A stretch of 64,000 nt of DNA from Patescibacteria group bacterium. GTDB taxonomy: Bacteria > Patescibacteriota > Minisyncoccia > Phycocordibacterales > Phycocordibacteraceae. The stretch covers positions 16,048 through 80,047 of the forward strand of contig JBBUDY010000047.1 in NCBI GenBank assembly GCA_038057055.1. The letters run 5' to 3'. A program made the translations under genes and the position numbers. Shown here piece after piece: positions 1-10,301 of the stretch (the first letter of the stretch is position 1; each line of letters opens with the position of its first letter). Below the pieces are notes generated by a model. That model was not told where the DNA came from. It worked only from the letters and a program-made list of their open reading frames with translations, and searched no databases.

Positions 1-1023
1 CTTGTGAAGAATTACGGCGATTGGTTTGGTATCAACTACGCAATCACCTATTTCTATAACGTATATGGTCCAAATGAGCGTACAGGTGCTATGGGAACCG
101 TTGTTGCTATTTTCAAAGAACAATACAAGCGCGGGCTTCCGCTTGGCGTTGTTACTCCCGGAACGCAGGAACGTATTTTCACGCACGTGCACGATATCGT
201 TGATGGTCTTAGCGTTGTTGGAGAAAATGGAGCGGGTGATGGGTATGGTATCGGAAGTGAAGACACATTCTCTATTTTAGAACTCGCAAAACTCTTCGGC
301 AGAGAAGTCGTGATGCTTCCCGAACGACAAGGAAATCGTATGCAAGCAGTAGTAGATACCGTGAAGACGCGCTCGCTCGGTTGGGCACCACACAGGTCGC
401 TCAAAGACGATATTGCCGAATTCGTGAAGCATGCGAAACCCGAACCGGCACCCGATAAACGCATACTCGTCTTCACCACGACATTCCACCCCATTTCGGG
501 TCCCGCAGAAGACGCACTTTGCGAACTCATGCGGAAGTTGCCGGATGTCCATTTCGACATCATTACCGCGGCACACGCCAAGGAAGCACTCGACATTCCT
601 TGTATTGTCGCCAATGGCACCGTGTATCGTGTTGGGTTTGGGAACCGATTCGACAAATTCCTTCTGCCGTTCGTCGGGATACACAAAGCACTCCGTCTCG
701 CGAATAGACACAGATATCTCTTTTCGTGGTCCATTATGGCAAGTTACGGTACGTTGCCTGCACTTATCGTGAGAAAAGGGAAGCTCATCCCGCTTCTTGT
801 AACGCTTGCCGACCAAAGTCTCTCCTGGTATGAACGTCTCTTCTTGCGTCTTATCCTATCGCATACCGACCAGGTATATACATCAACTCCAGAACAGGGA
901 CAGAAGCTTATCTCGCTTGAGAAGCGTATGCGCGCGCGAAAATCCCTCGGTGCGGGCGACTCCTTTGCTAACCAGATTCGCTTCGCCTACTCCGCAATTT
1001 TGCGCAAATACAATGTCAGATAA
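1..1023 (+). CDS. NAD-dependent epimerase/dehydratase (5' truncated by window edge) fused to a C-terminal GT4 N-terminal-like domain
   Basis: Extended-SDR C-terminal motifs YFYNVYGP and GTQERIFTHVHDIVDG, then a linker and RILVFTTTFHPISGPAE...VYRVGFG, resembling the N-terminus of the next GT4. Confidence 0.75.
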   Translation, partial: LVKNYGDWFGINYAITYFYNVYGPNERTGAMGTVVAIFKEQYKRGLPLGVVTPGTQERIFTHVHDIVDGLSVVGENGAGDGYGIGSEDTFSILELAKLFGREVVMLPERQGNRMQAVVDTVKTRSLGWAPHRSLKDDIAEFVKHAKPEPAPDKRILVFTTTFHPISGPAEDALCELMRKLPDVHFDIITAAHAKEALDIPCIVANGTVYRVGFGNRFDKFLLPFVGIHKALRLANRHRYLFSWSIMASYGTLPALIVRKGKLIPLLVTLADQSLSWYERLFLRLILSHTDQVYTSTPEQGQKLISLEKRMRARKSLGAGDSFANQIRFAYSAILRKYNVR

Positions 1024-2239
1024 AAAGGTCAAGAAGATACTTATCTTCTCTCTCGCGTATTATCCGAACTTTGTCGGCGGCGCGGAAGTTGCCATAAAGG
1101 AAATTACCGACCGGATTTCTCCAGAGGATTTTGAATTCCATATGATAACGCTTCGCTTTGATTCGCGTCTGCCGAAGACAGAAAAGATTGGAAATATTTT
1201 TGTACACCGTATCGGTTTTTCACGACCTTCGCCGGCAATCGGCGATCTGAAAAAATTCCCACTCTTTTTAAATAAATACTGGTTTCAGTTCATGACTGCT
1301 TTTGCTGCCGCGCGGCTTCACCGGGTATACCGTTTTGACGGTATCTGGGCGATGATGGCACACTCCTGCGGCATTCCGGCAGGGATTTTTAAGACGTTTC
1401 ATCCCGAGGTGAAATATGTACTCACGCTCCAGGAAGGAGATCCGCTCGAATACATCGAGCGGCTTGCGCGACCGGTATGGCCTCTTTTTAAACGAGGCTT
1501 CACGAAGGCTGATGAGGTTGTGGCGGAATCAACATTCCTCGGTCGGTGGGCGCGCCGTATGGGCTTTACAGGGCCTCTCGAGGTGATTCCGAATGGTATG
1601 GATGCCGAACGGTTCGCGCGTACACCGTCTGGAAACGAACTTACAACCATTTGCGAGGAGATTGGTAAAAAAGAAGGTGAGACGTGGCTCATTCACACCG
1701 GTCGATTGGTGCATAAAAATGCGCTTGATATCGTCATTCGGGCGTTGCCGCTTTTGCCGGAATCGGTGCACTTTTTTATGCTTGGTGACGGCACGGATAA
1801 AAGAGCGCTTGCAAGACTTGCAGAGGAAATTGACGTTTCGAAGCGGGTCCATTTTCACTCTTACGTCTCGCTTACAGCGATTCCACTGTATCTGAAAGCT
1901 TGTACCATCTTCATTCGTCCTTCGCGTTCCGAGGGCATGGGCAATTCATTCATTGAAGCGATGGCGGCGGGACTTCCGGTCATCGCGACGCAGGAGGGCG
2001 GCATTTCGGATTTCCTCTTTGATGCGAAACGGAATCCCGATAAGCCAACGACCGGCTGGGCGGTTGATACGGATTCACCCGAACAAATAGCGAAGGCGGT
2101 TACAGAAATTTTGAAAGACCCGGAGAGGGTCACACAAGTGCAAACGACCGCCAAGAGGCTCGTTTTCGCGAAGTATAACTGGGATCTTATTGCTAGCGAT
2201 ATGAAAGCGACCTTCGACCGGCTACTCGGGAACGGGTAG
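1013..2239 (+). CDS. Glycosyltransferase family 4
   Basis: YYPNFVGGAE, VIPNGMD, GRLVHKNA, PSRSEGMGNSFIEAMAAGLPVIAT; start reassigned to ATG 1013. Confidence 0.9.
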   Translation: MSDKKVKKILIFSLAYYPNFVGGAEVAIKEITDRISPEDFEFHMITLRFDSRLPKTEKIGNIFVHRIGFSRPSPAIGDLKKFPLFLNKYWFQFMTAFAAARLHRVYRFDGIWAMMAHSCGIPAGIFKTFHPEVKYVLTLQEGDPLEYIERLARPVWPLFKRGFTKADEVVAESTFLGRWARRMGFTGPLEVIPNGMDAERFARTPSGNELTTICEEIGKKEGETWLIHTGRLVHKNALDIVIRALPLLPESVHFFMLGDGTDKRALARLAEEIDVSKRVHFHSYVSLTAIPLYLKACTIFIRPSRSEGMGNSFIEAMAAGLPVIATQEGGISDFLFDAKRNPDKPTTGWAVDTDSPEQIAKAVTEILKDPERVTQVQTTAKRLVFAKYNWDLIASDMKATFDRLLGNG

Positions 2240-2240
2240 A

Positions 2241-3335
2241 ATGGGCCTTATGCGACTCGTTATTGCGACGCCTTTATACCCACCGGAAATCGGCGGGCCT
2301 GCGACGTATGCAAAGCTTCTCTCTGAGGGATTGCCGGCAAAAGGGATAGAAGTTGAGTTGGTGAAATTTAGCGACGTTCGGCATTTGCCTAAGCTTATCC
2401 GCCACGTTGCCTACTATCGTCGCGTGTTGAAAGCGGCACGAAACGCGGATGTTGTTCTCGCTCTCGATCCCGTTTCAACGGGACTGCCGGCAATGAAAGC
2501 GGCCCGAAGGGCAGGGAAGCCATTTGTGGTGAAAATAGTTGGCGACTATGCGTGGGAGCAAGGACAACAGCGATTCGGTGTCAAACAGAACCTCGATGAA
2601 TTCGTTCAGACTCGGCGCGTGCTGTTTGCTGTGCGCGTGCTCCGGCGGATTCAAACGCGCGTCGCGGCTGCCGCGACGCGCGTCATCGTGCCGAGCGAAT
2701 ACTTGAAAGACATCGTTGTTGCGTGGGGCATCCCGACCGACAGGATTCGGGTTATCTATAATGCTGTGCCACTAGGACATACAGGAAATGTGCCTGAAGC
2801 CGTGGCGAAGTTGCCGCGGCCATTGGTCGTGACTGCAGGACGTTTGGTACCGTGGAAGCATATGGATGGTGTTATTGATGCGGTAGCGGGTATGTCTGGT
2901 GTCTCGCTTGCGATTGTGGGTGATGGACCGTTACGCGCGTCGCTTGCACAGCATGCAAGTGAGAAGCTGCGTGAACGGAGTGTCATCACGGGAGTGTTAC
3001 CACACGGCGAGACTCTCGCAGTGATGAAATCCGCAGATGTGTTTGTGCTTAACTCGTCGTACGAAGGGCTTTCCCATCTTCTCATCGAAGCGCTGGCGCT
3101 CGGAGTTCCCGTTATTGCAACTCGTGTCGGCGGGAATCCTGAAGTCTTACAGCACGAGGAGAATGGGTTTCTGGTGCCACCCGCAGATACTCCCACTCTT
3201 ACGCATACGCTCGCACGTGTGTTTACCGAAAACAATATGCGCGTACAGATGTCGGCGCACGCGCGAGAATCCGCAAAACGTTTTTCGGTCGAAACGATGA
3301 TTTCTGCAACCGCGACGACACTCTCGAACTTATGA
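2241..3335 (+). CDS. Glycosyltransferase family 4
   Basis: YPPEIGGPATY, GRLVPWKH, SSYEGLSHLLIEALALGVPVIATRVGGNPE. Confidence 0.9.
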   Translation: MGLMRLVIATPLYPPEIGGPATYAKLLSEGLPAKGIEVELVKFSDVRHLPKLIRHVAYYRRVLKAARNADVVLALDPVSTGLPAMKAARRAGKPFVVKIVGDYAWEQGQQRFGVKQNLDEFVQTRRVLFAVRVLRRIQTRVAAAATRVIVPSEYLKDIVVAWGIPTDRIRVIYNAVPLGHTGNVPEAVAKLPRPLVVTAGRLVPWKHMDGVIDAVAGMSGVSLAIVGDGPLRASLAQHASEKLRERSVITGVLPHGETLAVMKSADVFVLNSSYEGLSHLLIEALALGVPVIATRVGGNPEVLQHEENGFLVPPADTPTLTHTLARVFTENNMRVQMSAHARESAKRFSVETMISATATTLSNL

Positions 3336-4480
3336 AAGCCCTCTTTGTTTCCAACGACCCGACGATATTTGATGCGACCAGCTCTGCGCGCGCGCGTATG
3401 CGCACGTACGCTGCGGCAATAGGAGAACTGCATATTGTGTCCGCCGCAGGTCTTGGCGTGCGCGAAGAGCAGGATGGAAACCTCTGTCTGTATCCGGTAC
3501 ACGCCTGGAAACTTTTTCGAGTGCATGCACTCGCGCGAAAAGCACGCGAGATTATCATTGCGAATGATATTCAAATTGTTTCCGCACAAGATCCGTTCGA
3601 ACACGGACTCGCCGCACTTCGGGCAGTACACGGCACGAATGTAAAACTGCATATCCAAGTACATACCGATTTCCTTTCTCCGTGGTTCGTGAGAAGCGGT
3701 AATTGGAGGAGTCCTTCTGTCCGTATGCCTTTCCTGAACCGGTATCGGCGCCGTATTGCTGATGAGGTATTGCCGAAAGCCGCTGGCATCCGTTCGGTTT
3801 CGGAACGCGTAAAACGATCGCTCATTGAACGGTATGGTTCTTGTATTCCCGAACCATCAGTCATTCCGGTACCAGTCGACTCTATCGTACCCGAACCCGT
3901 GCGATTACCGTCACATCCTGCGTTCACCTTCGCTCTCATCACCGTTGGGCGGCTTGAACCAGAGAAGCGTGTTGAAGACATTCTTGCTGCACTTGCGCTC
4001 GTAATTCCGCACTATCCTATGGTGGGACTCTTTGTCGTTGGTGAGGGGAGTGAACGTAGGAAACTTGAGCGTATGACACATTCGCTCGGTCTCACTACTC
4101 ACGTTATTTTCATCAAGAACTGGCTTCCGACAAATGAAGCTCGAGGACTTATGGCAAGCGCGCACGCATTTGTTCAGGCAAGTGCGTATGAAGGATATAG
4201 CCGCACACTTATCGAGGCGGCACTAGCGAGGGTCCCAATTATCACGACCGACGTGGGTATTGTTGGAGAAGTCTTGGTGGGATATGAAGATGTGTTGTCA
4301 GTACCGGTCGCCGATCCTACTGCACTCTCGCTCAGTATCGTGGGATTCATTGAAGATAATGCGGTGCGACAAGGACTTCCGCCACACGCTGAAGCGACCG
4401 TTCGCGCCCATCTTGCGGCGGTCGGGAATATACCAGAGCGAGTTGCTGCAGATCTTGCGGAGACAGTCACACGCACATGA
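3332..4480 (+). CDS. Glycosyltransferase family 4
   Basis: VGRLEPEKR, SAYEGYSRTLIEAALARVPIITTDVG; ATGA overlap with the previous gene. Confidence 0.9.
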   Translation: MKALFVSNDPTIFDATSSARARMRTYAAAIGELHIVSAAGLGVREEQDGNLCLYPVHAWKLFRVHALARKAREIIIANDIQIVSAQDPFEHGLAALRAVHGTNVKLHIQVHTDFLSPWFVRSGNWRSPSVRMPFLNRYRRRIADEVLPKAAGIRSVSERVKRSLIERYGSCIPEPSVIPVPVDSIVPEPVRLPSHPAFTFALITVGRLEPEKRVEDILAALALVIPHYPMVGLFVVGEGSERRKLERMTHSLGLTTHVIFIKNWLPTNEARGLMASAHAFVQASAYEGYSRTLIEAALARVPIITTDVGIVGEVLVGYEDVLSVPVADPTALSLSIVGFIEDNAVRQGLPPHAEATVRAHLAAVGNIPERVAADLAETVTRT

Positions 4481-5499
4481 GATTGCTTATTGTTACGCAG
4501 GTGGTTGACGCGAAAGATCCGATTCTTGGATTCTTTGTACGATGGCTGGAAGAATTCTCAAAACACGCCGAACAGATTGAAGTCGTGTGTCTTAAAGAAG
4601 GCACCCACTCCTTACCTGCAAACGTGCGAGTGCATTCGCTCGGGAAGGAAAAGGGTGTATCGCGAATGAAATACATTTTTAATTTTTATACGTATATCTG
4701 GGAACTTCGTCAGCAATACGATACGGTTTTTGTTCATATGAATCCGGAATACCTCCTCCTGGGAGGTCTCTTTTGGCGGTTGGCGGGGAAGAAGATAGGG
4801 TTTTGGTACAACCATCCTCATGCGGGAATACGACTGCGTATCGCCGCGCAGCTTTCGAATAAAGTATTCTTTACGTCCCCCTTTGCTGCGTCAGCTACGT
4901 TCCCTCACGCAAAACGTATGCCGGCAGGCATTGATACGGACGTGTTTAAACCACAACCGGTGCCGTATGATAGGCAATCCTTGTATATGCAGGGCCGTGT
5001 CATGCCCTCGAAACATCTTGCTGTCGCACTTGAAGCTTTGCAGATACTCCGCAAGACCATTTCGGCAAAATTAATTCTCGTTGGTCCGGAAGACCCTACC
5101 TATGGAGAGTCTCTGCGCATTCGATTTTCTGACCTTGTTGAATCAGGTGCGGTTGTTTTTGCAGGACCGAAACGTAATGACGAAACCCCGCCGTACTACG
5201 CAGCAGCGGGTGGCTCCATAAACCTCGCTTCCGCCGGGCACTTTGACAAGTCGGTACTTGAATCAATGGCGTGTGAGACACCCGTTATTACCTCAAGTCC
5301 TGCCTTTGTCGATATCATTTCATCCGAATGGGTAGTGAAAGAGAATGACCCCCCCGCTCTTGCTGCGACGCTTGAGCGCCTTATTATGTTTCCGGAAGCG
5401 GAATATCACGCGCTCAAAAAGACTCTCCGCGCTCGTGTGGTGGCGAGTCACAGTCTTCGTGAGCTCGGTATACGTCTTTTTGCCGAGATGAACATATAA
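4477..5499 (+). CDS. Glycosyltransferase family 4
   Basis: GIDTDVF, GRVMPSKH, FDKSVLESMACETPVITS. Confidence 0.85.
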   Translation: MRLLIVTQVVDAKDPILGFFVRWLEEFSKHAEQIEVVCLKEGTHSLPANVRVHSLGKEKGVSRMKYIFNFYTYIWELRQQYDTVFVHMNPEYLLLGGLFWRLAGKKIGFWYNHPHAGIRLRIAAQLSNKVFFTSPFAASATFPHAKRMPAGIDTDVFKPQPVPYDRQSLYMQGRVMPSKHLAVALEALQILRKTISAKLILVGPEDPTYGESLRIRFSDLVESGAVVFAGPKRNDETPPYYAAAGGSINLASAGHFDKSVLESMACETPVITSSPAFVDIISSEWVVKENDPPALAATLERLIMFPEAEYHALKKTLRARVVASHSLRELGIRLFAEMNI

Positions 5500-5505
5500 T
5501 TCCGT

Positions 5506-6573
5506 ATGAAATCCTTACCCACCGTGTTGTATTTTGGCATGAACCCTCCGGAAAAATCCGCACGGGACGCTCCGTACATTGCGGGATTGCGTGATAAGGG
5601 CGTGACGATTCTAGAGTGTGTTGATTCGGCACCCCGCTTCGGGAAGTATTGGAACCTCATCCGCAAACACTGGGCCCTGCGGCACTCCTATGACGTGCTC
5701 TTCGTCGGACATACCAGTACGTATGTGGTGCCGCTTGCTCGTCTCATTTCGCGCAAACCGATTGTTTTCAATGCACTCAACCCATTCTATGACAGTCTTG
5801 TGCTCGAATGGGAAATGTATAAACCATACTCATTCGGTGCGATGTTTGTCTGGGTTATAGATTTTCTGTCGCTTAATTGCGCAACGGTCGTACTTTTGGA
5901 AACGAATGAACAAATAAAGAATGTGCACCGAACTTTTTTTGTTCCGCTCCGTAAACTTGTACGTGTTTGGACCACAAACGACCCGCAGCTCTACGCTCCT
6001 GATCAAACCGTACAGAAAAATAAACAATTTCTCTGTGTGTACCGAGGGAATCCAACACCCGTGACGGGGGCTGAATATATCGTGGAGGCGGCGAGATTGC
6101 TTCGGGATGAGGATATTTCATTCCGTTTTATTACACGAGGAAAATTAGTTCAGCGCCTCGAGCAGATGGCACGTGACTATAATCTGCACAACATAGAATT
6201 CCTAACCGAATATTATTCTTTTGAAAAATTGCGAAAACTTATTCTCGAGGGGCACGTTCTTCTCGGACAATTTAGCACGCACGCAAGATTAGACAGAACT
6301 ATCCAATTTAAGACTGTTGAGGCGCTCGCGTTCGGTATGGCGTATATTACGTCTGATCTGCCCAGCAATCAGGAATTGCTCCATGATGGGGTAGACTGTC
6401 TCTTGGTTCGTCGGGGGGACCCGCGCGACCTCGCTGATAAAATACTCCTGCTGAAGAAAGACCCGGCGCTTCAACAACAGCTTAGCGAGGCCGCATACGC
6501 GCTGTATCAAAAAGAGCTCGCACCACCTGTGCTGGCCGAGCAGATTCTGCAGCTATGCCAAGGACTGCTATGA
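5506..6573 (+). CDS. Glycosyltransferase family 4
   Basis: FKTVEALAFGMAYITSD, LHDGVDCLLVRRGDPRDLADKI. Confidence 0.8.
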   Translation: MKSLPTVLYFGMNPPEKSARDAPYIAGLRDKGVTILECVDSAPRFGKYWNLIRKHWALRHSYDVLFVGHTSTYVVPLARLISRKPIVFNALNPFYDSLVLEWEMYKPYSFGAMFVWVIDFLSLNCATVVLLETNEQIKNVHRTFFVPLRKLVRVWTTNDPQLYAPDQTVQKNKQFLCVYRGNPTPVTGAEYIVEAARLLRDEDISFRFITRGKLVQRLEQMARDYNLHNIEFLTEYYSFEKLRKLILEGHVLLGQFSTHARLDRTIQFKTVEALAFGMAYITSDLPSNQELLHDGVDCLLVRRGDPRDLADKILLLKKDPALQQQLSEAAYALYQKELAPPVLAEQILQLCQGLL

Positions 6574-7604
6574 GAGAACACAACTACGCCTATATTTTCG
6601 GGGGAGCCATCGGGGACGCGCTCCTTGGGGCGCATCTCGGCCGTTCCCTTGCGGAAGCACAGCCTGGAGCGCGCCTGACCCTCATTACAACGCGTGAGAA
6701 CCCGTTTCTGCGCGATTTGCTGAAGCCACTCACTTTCGTTCGTTTACTTGAGATGCCCAAGGGGCGGCTGCGCTCATGGGCTATGCTCCCATTCTTTCGG
6801 GCATACCATCTTGTCTTCTCTGAACCCCTCTCTGCTCCTATACCGCTGTGGTGGCGTATCCTTGCTCGTGCTCTGACCGCGCGCCCAGGGAGTGTTGAGG
6901 TCCACTGTGTAGGGAAATCAGATACCGTACTTTTTCCTTGCGCGAAGAGCATTGTGTACGATTGTCGAACCGATAACGTGTTTGATCTCCCTCCGAAAAT
7001 ACTAGTCGCGTGGGGGTTGCCGTCAGTTAGTCTCACTCCGCACCTTGAAGCCTCTCTGTATGGTCCGCTAGAACAAGTGGCAGAGCGCTATCTTCTTTTC
7101 CATTTCTCGGCGCCGAGTATGAGGCGCAGCGTGCCGATTGCGCACGCACGCGAGATACTTGCACTGGTGCAATCGGCATTTCCAGCATACGATCTTGTGC
7201 TTACCTGTACTGCTGCAGATCGTTTGCGCACCGAAAAAATTGGTCAAGGTTATTCTATCCGCATTTTAGAAGACCTTCCGGCTGCCGCGCTCGTACGCAC
7301 CATAAGAAACGCAAGCGCATACGTGGGCGTTGATACTGGCGTCACGCATCTCTCATGTCATATCTGCACCCCCTGCGTTGTTCTTGGCAACCGCTCGAAT
7401 CCCTGCTGGCTTCCGTACTATGCACCGAAGGCGGAAATACTATTTGAGTCGCGTCGCTGCGGATGTCACGGAGACAAAACCGGTGATTGTACTGAAGAAA
7501 CACCCGAAGGTTCCGTCTATCGTTGCCTATTCGACATTTCGGCCGAGAGAGTCACGCATGCATTACACGAGCTTCTCTCGATTGATAGAGGGGTGGGTAA
7601 ATGA
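6570..7604 (+). CDS. Glycosyltransferase family 9 (heptosyltransferase-like)
   Basis: GAIGDALL at N-terminus, YVGVDTGVTHLS, C-terminal Cys cluster (CGCHGDKTGDC...CLFDIS). Confidence 0.8.
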   Translation: MREHNYAYIFGGAIGDALLGAHLGRSLAEAQPGARLTLITTRENPFLRDLLKPLTFVRLLEMPKGRLRSWAMLPFFRAYHLVFSEPLSAPIPLWWRILARALTARPGSVEVHCVGKSDTVLFPCAKSIVYDCRTDNVFDLPPKILVAWGLPSVSLTPHLEASLYGPLEQVAERYLLFHFSAPSMRRSVPIAHAREILALVQSAFPAYDLVLTCTAADRLRTEKIGQGYSIRILEDLPAAALVRTIRNASAYVGVDTGVTHLSCHICTPCVVLGNRSNPCWLPYYAPKAEILFESRRCGCHGDKTGDCTEETPEGSVYRCLFDISAERVTHALHELLSIDRGVGK

Positions 7605-7617
7605 TAAAATCAATACT

Positions 7618-8376
7618 ATGACCGCATCGCCATACTCTAAGGGATATTTTGGCGGAGGCGAGACAACACACACCGTTTCACTCAAGAAGAGGCGTTCGCG
7701 TTCGCATCGAGAAGAAATCGATGATTTCATTGCTCGTATTCCCCATGGTGCGTCGGTACTTGACGTCGGCTGCGGTCAAGGGCGTTTACTAACTCGTATT
7801 AAAGAGCAGCGACCTGATTTGCGGCTTTCAGGTATTGATATATCTGATGTTAAATCGTTAGTACCCGCAGGCGTCGCTTTCACCCAAGGATCAGTCGAAG
7901 ATTTGACGAATTTTTATGCACCGAACACTTTCGATGCAGTGTTGTGTCAGCATGTCATCGAACACCTTGTGTCCCCGATTAATCTCATCGCGGGTATACG
8001 GGAGGTGCTCCGACCTGGCGGCAGCTTCTTCATAGAGACGCCAAATTGGACTAGAATGTATATGCCTTTCTCTTTCCTCTATTTTTGGAATGACTATACT
8101 CATATTCACCCATATACTCCTTTTAGCATGAGCCGGATGCTTCTTGAGTATGAATTTTCTGTTGAATCGATTCGTACGCTCCCGTCATGTACGTGGCGCA
8201 TCCCTGGTCGATTCAAGAAATCGGAATTATCTAACGAAAAGAAACAGCCTCAAAAACAGTCCGTAAGCGCATTCGTATATACCCACCAGCAAAGCAGTTT
8301 TTTTGCACGCGGCCTCTCGTACTGCATCGACCCGCTCATCAAAGATTTACTTATTGCAGTTGGAACAAAACCATAA
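7618..8376 (+). CDS. Class I SAM-dependent methyltransferase
   Basis: VLDVGCGQG, GIDIS, CQHVIEHL, LRPGG, ETPN; start at ATG 7618. Confidence 0.85.
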   Translation: MTASPYSKGYFGGGETTHTVSLKKRRSRSHREEIDDFIARIPHGASVLDVGCGQGRLLTRIKEQRPDLRLSGIDISDVKSLVPAGVAFTQGSVEDLTNFYAPNTFDAVLCQHVIEHLVSPINLIAGIREVLRPGGSFFIETPNWTRMYMPFSFLYFWNDYTHIHPYTPFSMSRMLLEYEFSVESIRTLPSCTWRIPGRFKKSELSNEKKQPQKQSVSAFVYTHQQSSFFARGLSYCIDPLIKDLLIAVGTKP

Positions 8377-8380
8377 TCAT

Positions 8381-9454
8381 ATGCAACCGCTGTTGCTCTA
8401 CGTCAATCCTGCATGGCGTCGTAAAGGGATTCATACCCCACTTCTTAATCCATGGTGGGGAAATCTGATTGATGAGGCATCGATTTTCGCTCGTCAAATG
8501 TTCGACACCTATGCTCTCGACACGTCGGTTTACACCATAACGGACGAGAAAAAGGCAGCAGATATGGTACTCGCGCCTTACCGACATAATTGGATGCTTT
8601 CTTATGACCCCGAGCTCTTGACTGCCTGTATGCGCGTTGCGCGCGAAGAGAATCTCCCGCTCCTCCTCGATGGGGTGGGTGATATTGAGCACCCGGTTGA
8701 TATAGAGAACACCTTCGTCTTGCGTTTCGGAGGGTATCACTTTATACCAGAGCGTGGGCGGATTACGGTACCTCCGTTTACGGATGACCTTTTGGAACGC
8801 ACTCGAGACGGCCAGCTCGAAATTCGGAAAAAGGGAGAAGGGAAGCCTGTCGTTGGTTTTGCTGGTTGGTCCTCACTTTCTACTAAACAATTTCTCCGCA
8901 CAATCATAAAAGAGTTACCTGTGCGCCTCCGGGGAGTTTTTGATTCTCGGTACCGTGCTTGTACTAAGGGTGTATTATGGCGCCGGAGGGCGATTGGAAT
9001 ATTGCAACGTTCTTCGCTCATCTCGTTCAATCTTCGTGCCCGCAGTTCTTTTTCTGCGAGCCACAAAACAGCGAAAGGTGATATGCGAACCTTGCGAGAA
9101 GAGATGGTCGATACCATACTGCAAAGCGATTATGCGCTCGATGTTCGCGGGGACGCGAATAATTCAACGCGGCTTCAAGAGATCTTGTCGCTTGGGCGGA
9201 TCCCGGTCATCGTGGATACCGAACGGAATTTCCCATTCGCGGATAAAGTCGACTACTCTTCTTTTGCACTCATCGTTGATTTCCGCGACCTTAATTGCTT
9301 ACCCGAGAAAATAGCTGAATTTCACAAAACTGTTTCACCAGAACGATTTGAACAGATGCAGAGGAACGCACGCGATGCCTATGTGAAGTATTTCCGCATT
9401 GACGCACTTATGCGGCCTATTGTGGAGGAATTGCGGGTGCAATTATCTCGCTAG
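8381..9454 (+). CDS. Exostosin-like (GT47) glycosyltransferase
   Basis: VGFAG and SDYALDVRGDANNSTRLQEILSLGRIPVIVDTERNFPF...VDY match the exostosin C-terminal pattern. Confidence 0.7.
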   Translation: MQPLLLYVNPAWRRKGIHTPLLNPWWGNLIDEASIFARQMFDTYALDTSVYTITDEKKAADMVLAPYRHNWMLSYDPELLTACMRVAREENLPLLLDGVGDIEHPVDIENTFVLRFGGYHFIPERGRITVPPFTDDLLERTRDGQLEIRKKGEGKPVVGFAGWSSLSTKQFLRTIIKELPVRLRGVFDSRYRACTKGVLWRRRAIGILQRSSLISFNLRARSSFSASHKTAKGDMRTLREEMVDTILQSDYALDVRGDANNSTRLQEILSLGRIPVIVDTERNFPFADKVDYSSFALIVDFRDLNCLPEKIAEFHKTVSPERFEQMQRNARDAYVKYFRIDALMRPIVEELRVQLSR

Positions 9455-10284
9455 CGCCACGCGAAGACCATATACGCATGCCCGGTATCACGGCCGATGA
9501 TGCGGTGTGGTGGAGCAGTAGGCTGTGCAAACGTGCGGAACCCGCCTGATTCAAGCAAGGAGAGCATACTGCTTAATGGTCGTGTGAAAAATCCGGGAGC
9601 ATAGTGATATTCAAGTTGAATCGCCGCAATAGAGCGCAACTTGTCTTTTGCGATAAGGTCTTCCAGTACGCCGAATTCCCCGCCTTCAATATCCATTTTG
9701 AGCAGGTCGATATTGCCGTCGATATAGTGTGAAAGTATATCGACTTCTACCGCATATGAAATAAGCGTACGCTTTTCATTTTTCATGAACTCGGTGGTAC
9801 TGCCGCCGCTACTCGTCTCAACCTTTTCGTCAACGAAGAAATCTACCGAACCCTTTTCTTTTCCGAGTGCGTATGGAAACACCTGTACTTCCTTCTCCCA
9901 TCCGTTCATCTCTATATTCTTCTCAAGCACCGCGCGGGCGGCGGGATTCGGTTCAAAACATATGACGTGTGCGTGTGGCGCGCGTATCTTTATGTACAGG
10001 AGTGACACGCCAATATTCGCACCGCAATCGATAACACGGATTGGCTCTTGTGTGGACGCAATGGAATATGTTTCTTTGAAGAAAATCTCGGTAAAAAGTC
10101 CAACAAAGTAATCAATTGAAGGGAAATAAAAGACGTATGGCCCTACCGGAACGTGCGCAAGAGCCCCCCCGCGTGGCGGGCTTAACTTATTCTTTAGGTG
10201 TACAAGCGTAAAGGCCCAAGCCGCTTTAAGCCCAAGAAGGGAGCGAAGTTGCGAAAACCGGGCGGCGTACCTGAAGAGTTTCAT
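9451..10284 (-). CDS. FkbM family methyltransferase
   Basis: IDCGANIG, FEPNP, LLKMDIEGGE, QLEYH. Confidence 0.9.
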   Translation of the reverse strand: MKLFRYAARFSQLRSLLGLKAAWAFTLVHLKNKLSPPRGGALAHVPVGPYVFYFPSIDYFVGLFTEIFFKETYSIASTQEPIRVIDCGANIGVSLLYIKIRAPHAHVICFEPNPAARAVLEKNIEMNGWEKEVQVFPYALGKEKGSVDFFVDEKVETSSGGSTTEFMKNEKRTLISYAVEVDILSHYIDGNIDLLKMDIEGGEFGVLEDLIAKDKLRSIAAIQLEYHYAPGFFTRPLSSMLSLLESGGFRTFAQPTAPPHRIIGRDTGHAYMVFAWR

Positions 10285-10301
10285 TTTCGGTCCATTCTAT
10301 C

